The notes below the pieces were generated by a model. The model searched no databases and had not been told where the DNA came from. It saw only the letters and a list, made by a program, of their open reading frames with translations. The position numbers and the translations under genes are program-made. Positions 61,086 through 64,000 of a stretch of 64,000 nucleotides of DNA are shown in pieces. Position 1 is the first letter of the stretch. Each line of letters starts with the position of its first letter. This stretch comes from Podarcis filfolensis. Lineage: Eukaryota. Location of the stretch: the NCBI GenBank assembly GCA_964270895.1, contig OZ185437.1. The stretch is one strand, 5' to 3'.

Positions 61086-63130
61086 GCAGAGATCCAATCT
61101 GACGTACTTGGCCACAATCCAGCAAAGAGTTAGGTAAATTTAAACTAGAAGTGACTTTGCCCCAAAACATGAGACAGTGAGATTTTCTAGGGACCGGAGT
61201 GAATAACAGCAGCACTTCTTGAACTCTGCACCTCACCAGGTGTCAGTGGGCAGTTTTCGGGCTCCAGTGCATACCAAGAGACTGGGTTTTTGTACCTCTG
61301 CTTAAGCCCATTGATAAGATTCTCACCAATGGTTAATTAGGACTAGCTCAGAGTAAACCAGCTACAAGGAACTACTACAGGAAACAAATGGGGAATTTCT
61401 CCTGTAAGCAGAAACTAAAAGATCTTGACTTGTTTACTTTAAGATGCTGCAAACGTCCCACAGAAAGTAGCACAGCGATCTGATTTCCAACCTAACTGTG
61501 TTGTACCAATTTTGCAACCACAGTCTTCAAACTAATATTAGAGTAACACTTAATTTGGAGAAGTGTAAAACACTCAGGAATATTCTGCGGAAGTAAGAGT
61601 TCAAAGTTCAAAAGAGAGCTGCACAGGTATTTCTGGCTATTTGTCCTGGTCCTTTGGGCTCTGTGGTGTTAGGAAGGGCTTGCTGCCCCCTCCCCCCCCC
61701 CCCCGAATATGGGAACAGTGTGGATGGGGTTATTTTGTTTAGGACTCCCCTGGTCAATCTCTGTATCAGGTTATCTATTAACCCTAAATTTGTAAACAGG
61801 CCACTTCCTGCTGCCTCTACGTGGCTTGGAACATTGTCTGAGTAATCCCAGGCTTCGTTGCTCTGTGGGTACCTACTCTCAGCTTGGACTGAGGCTGTGG
61901 TCTGAATGGATCAGGCTGGCCTAGTCTAGAAGAGCGCCTTTTGACCTCTTTCAGCATTATGCAATGCAGTCTATGTTCACATTAGCAGCTTGAAATACAG
62001 GGAGGTAATTCCCCCACCCCCCTGCATTTTAAGCCCCATTCGCATGGTTTTGTTCACATCAGAGAGAGGGCAGGGATGCCTCCACCCAACATGCACTATG
62101 TCTTTTTGTTTCCTTGCCCCCGCAACTTCCTCCCCCCGTCCCTGGAACTCTTATTCATTAAGCTCTCTCTCCTGCACATGCACGATATGCACGATGGCTG
62201 CTAGGGCATGTTCACATTGGCACTTACTCTGCATCCAGTTTTCTAGTTGTATGGAAGCTGGTTTGAGGAAAAGAACACATCAAGCAGCAGTGTTTGTTAA
62301 TTAACTTACAAGATCAATATGATTTGTGTCTAATGGTCCTATGAATGAAGCTTCTAAAGCCAGCAGTAAGATAGCACTGCATGCAGAGTGAGTGGTAACA
62401 TGAACGGACCCTGAATATTGTTTGTTTGCTTGCTTCCTATTTCAGTGTGTTTCTTATTTTGATTTGGTTTATCCGAATGGTTTATTGACTGAGCAGGGGA
62501 AAGCAATGGATCTGGACAACTGAGGAATTCAGATGATCAAGACTCAGTTGATGAGAGATTTCACACTAAATCCAGGCAAAGCTTGATACAGGAAGGTGCG
62601 AGGGATTTAGCACCACACTGTCATATAACGTGATCCTCTGGAAGGATTCATGATTTAATATAGCCCTTCAGAGGCCTGCTGTTCCAGGTTCATATTTATT
62701 GTTGTCACCCAATTTTCATGATCTACACTTGACACACTTCTGGTGCCATGAATAAAGAACACCCTTACGTTCACATTTCCCAATGTGCTGCCTCCCTCCC
62801 CACTCAACCTCCATGCTATGTGCCCTTTTGTAGCTCTTTCTATGCAGCAAAACACGGATTTTGCCATGGGGTATGATTTTCTGATTTGTGGATCCTGTGT
62901 GATGATCAGAGTGTTCTGGTCCTTTGCAGTTTATAGTCTGTTGCAGGGAGAGCCTAACAAAGGAGAGACCTTCCAGATCCTGTTTCAGATCACGGCAGTA
63001 TGTGTCACTTCTGAACCACTAAAGATTCGACTAACTCTTACATGAAAATCTAATCGTGGGGAGGAAAGTCGCCACATACCACTCATGAAAATCAGCTTAG
63101 TTATGTAGCAGTGTTTTTAAGTGTAGGGTT

Positions 63131-63327
63131 ACAGGTAGGTAGCCGTGTTGGTCTGCCGTAGTCGAAACAAAATTAAAAAAATCCTTCCAGTAGCACCTTA
63201 GAGACCAACTAAGTTTGTTATTGGTATGAGCTTTCGTGTGAAGAAGTGTGCATGCACACAAAAACTCATACCAATAACAAACTTAGTTGGTCTCTAAGGT
63301 GCTACTGGAATGATTTTTTTAATTTTG
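63131..63327. mobile_element. Penelope-like element: inverted pLTR pair
   Basis: ggtaggtagccgtgttggtctgcc...agtagcaccttagagaccaactaagtttg...ggtatgagctttcgtgtg followed by its inverted copy. Direct repeat tgtagggtt at 63122-63130 and 63334-63342. Confidence 0.88.
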
Positions 63328-63495
63328 TGTAACTGTAGGGTTTTGTGTATGTTTTTTAAAAAATTGCCAGTGGGACTGTTCTAGATCCTAGTGTGGGTTA
63401 GATTTTTAAAAATCCTTCATTCCCTGTCCTGATTCAGAGCCCCATAAAAAGGACTCCAGATCTGGACTGAGGCCTCATGCCGACAATGTATGCAA

Positions 63496-63535
63496 AACAC
63501 ACACACACACATACACACACACGGGGGGGGGGGGG
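63496..63535. repeat. (CA)n microsatellite fused to G13 run
   Basis: Directly visible. Confidence 0.9.
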
Positions 63536-64000
63536 AGAGAACTCCACTCCACTTACTGGCACAGATATGCAGCTAACCAAATCTTTTGTTAGGCCCAGAG
63601 GCTTCAAGAGGAAGCAAACCAACTCCTTGCCTGCACCCAACCTTTCCTTCTTGCTGACAGCAGGACAAAAGCACAACCTCACCGGCCTCCCAAACCAATA
63701 CAATTTGCCTCAGTTGTGGTAGCATTTTAATTAAAATACAGCATGCTTCCAAGGGTTTTAAATTAAGAAGAGCGAAGAGCAAACACAGTCCGAGATGCAC
63801 CTCCAGTACCAATGTTTTGTTGCCAAACTGAAACATGCATCTTAACTTGCTAAGGGTCAGAGGTTCTTACTTGGAAAAATTTTGAAGGAACACAGACGTG
63901 CAGTTCTTCAAAATACATCTAAAGAAATTACTACAAGCCCCCTTCCACTTGAATACACTTCTTTTCAGGGGTACTTGCAAAAGAAGACTGAGGTTTACAG

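Larger units (their letters stand above)
60074..64000 (-). other. RHOU: RHOU intron upstream of the last exon (continues beyond window)
   Basis: Polypyrimidine tract + AG at the exon boundary, candidate branch point ctcaac just upstream. No upstream exon (…DTAGQ) recognisable before 64000. Confidence 0.88.

Noticed and set aside
60074-64000. Search for the preceding RHOU exon (…LCDTAGQ) or an intronic snoRNA
   Set aside because: No matching coding sequence or box C/D or H/ACA structure was seen. The exon must lie beyond the window.
1-64000. CRISPR arrays, operons, prophage or endogenous viral ORFs
   Set aside because: No regularly spaced repeat-spacer array, no dense coding organisation and no viral motifs. 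Every recognisable ORF is RHOU or transposon-derived.

Overview
Vertebrate (squamate lizard) genomic DNA, probably a lacertid. This is inferred from Sauria SINEs, Bov-B, and the L2/CR1/MITE families present. The only host gene I can support is RHOU (Wrch-1) on the minus strand. Its last coding exon is 60073-59618, ending KKYCCFV-stop. About 3.9 kb of the preceding intron runs to the window end, and a probable ~2.8 kb 3' UTR ends near 56800. The remaining ~56 kb is non-coding sequence downstream of RHOU. It is rich in transposon remnants (CR1, L2, Bov-B, two other RTE-clade LINEs, Penelope pLTR remnants, three SINE families, a deleted mariner, Tigger-, hAT- and Harbinger-like MITEs), with several repeat-free, CpG-retaining stretches that may be enhancers. 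I found no convincing new multi-gene system and no prokaryote-type features. The best leads are: (i) a palindromic MITE in the RHOU 3' UTR forming a 46-bp stem with three A-C mismatches and donating an AATAAA; (ii) two RTE-clade insertions with head-to-head inversions resembling L1 twin priming; (iii) a 73-bp near-perfect Penelope hairpin with a broken hammerhead ribozyme in the RHOU intron; (iv) an inverted pair of decayed L2 fragments sharing private mutations. Repeat family names come from recognition, not database searches. Boundaries without a stated TIR/TSD are approximate.
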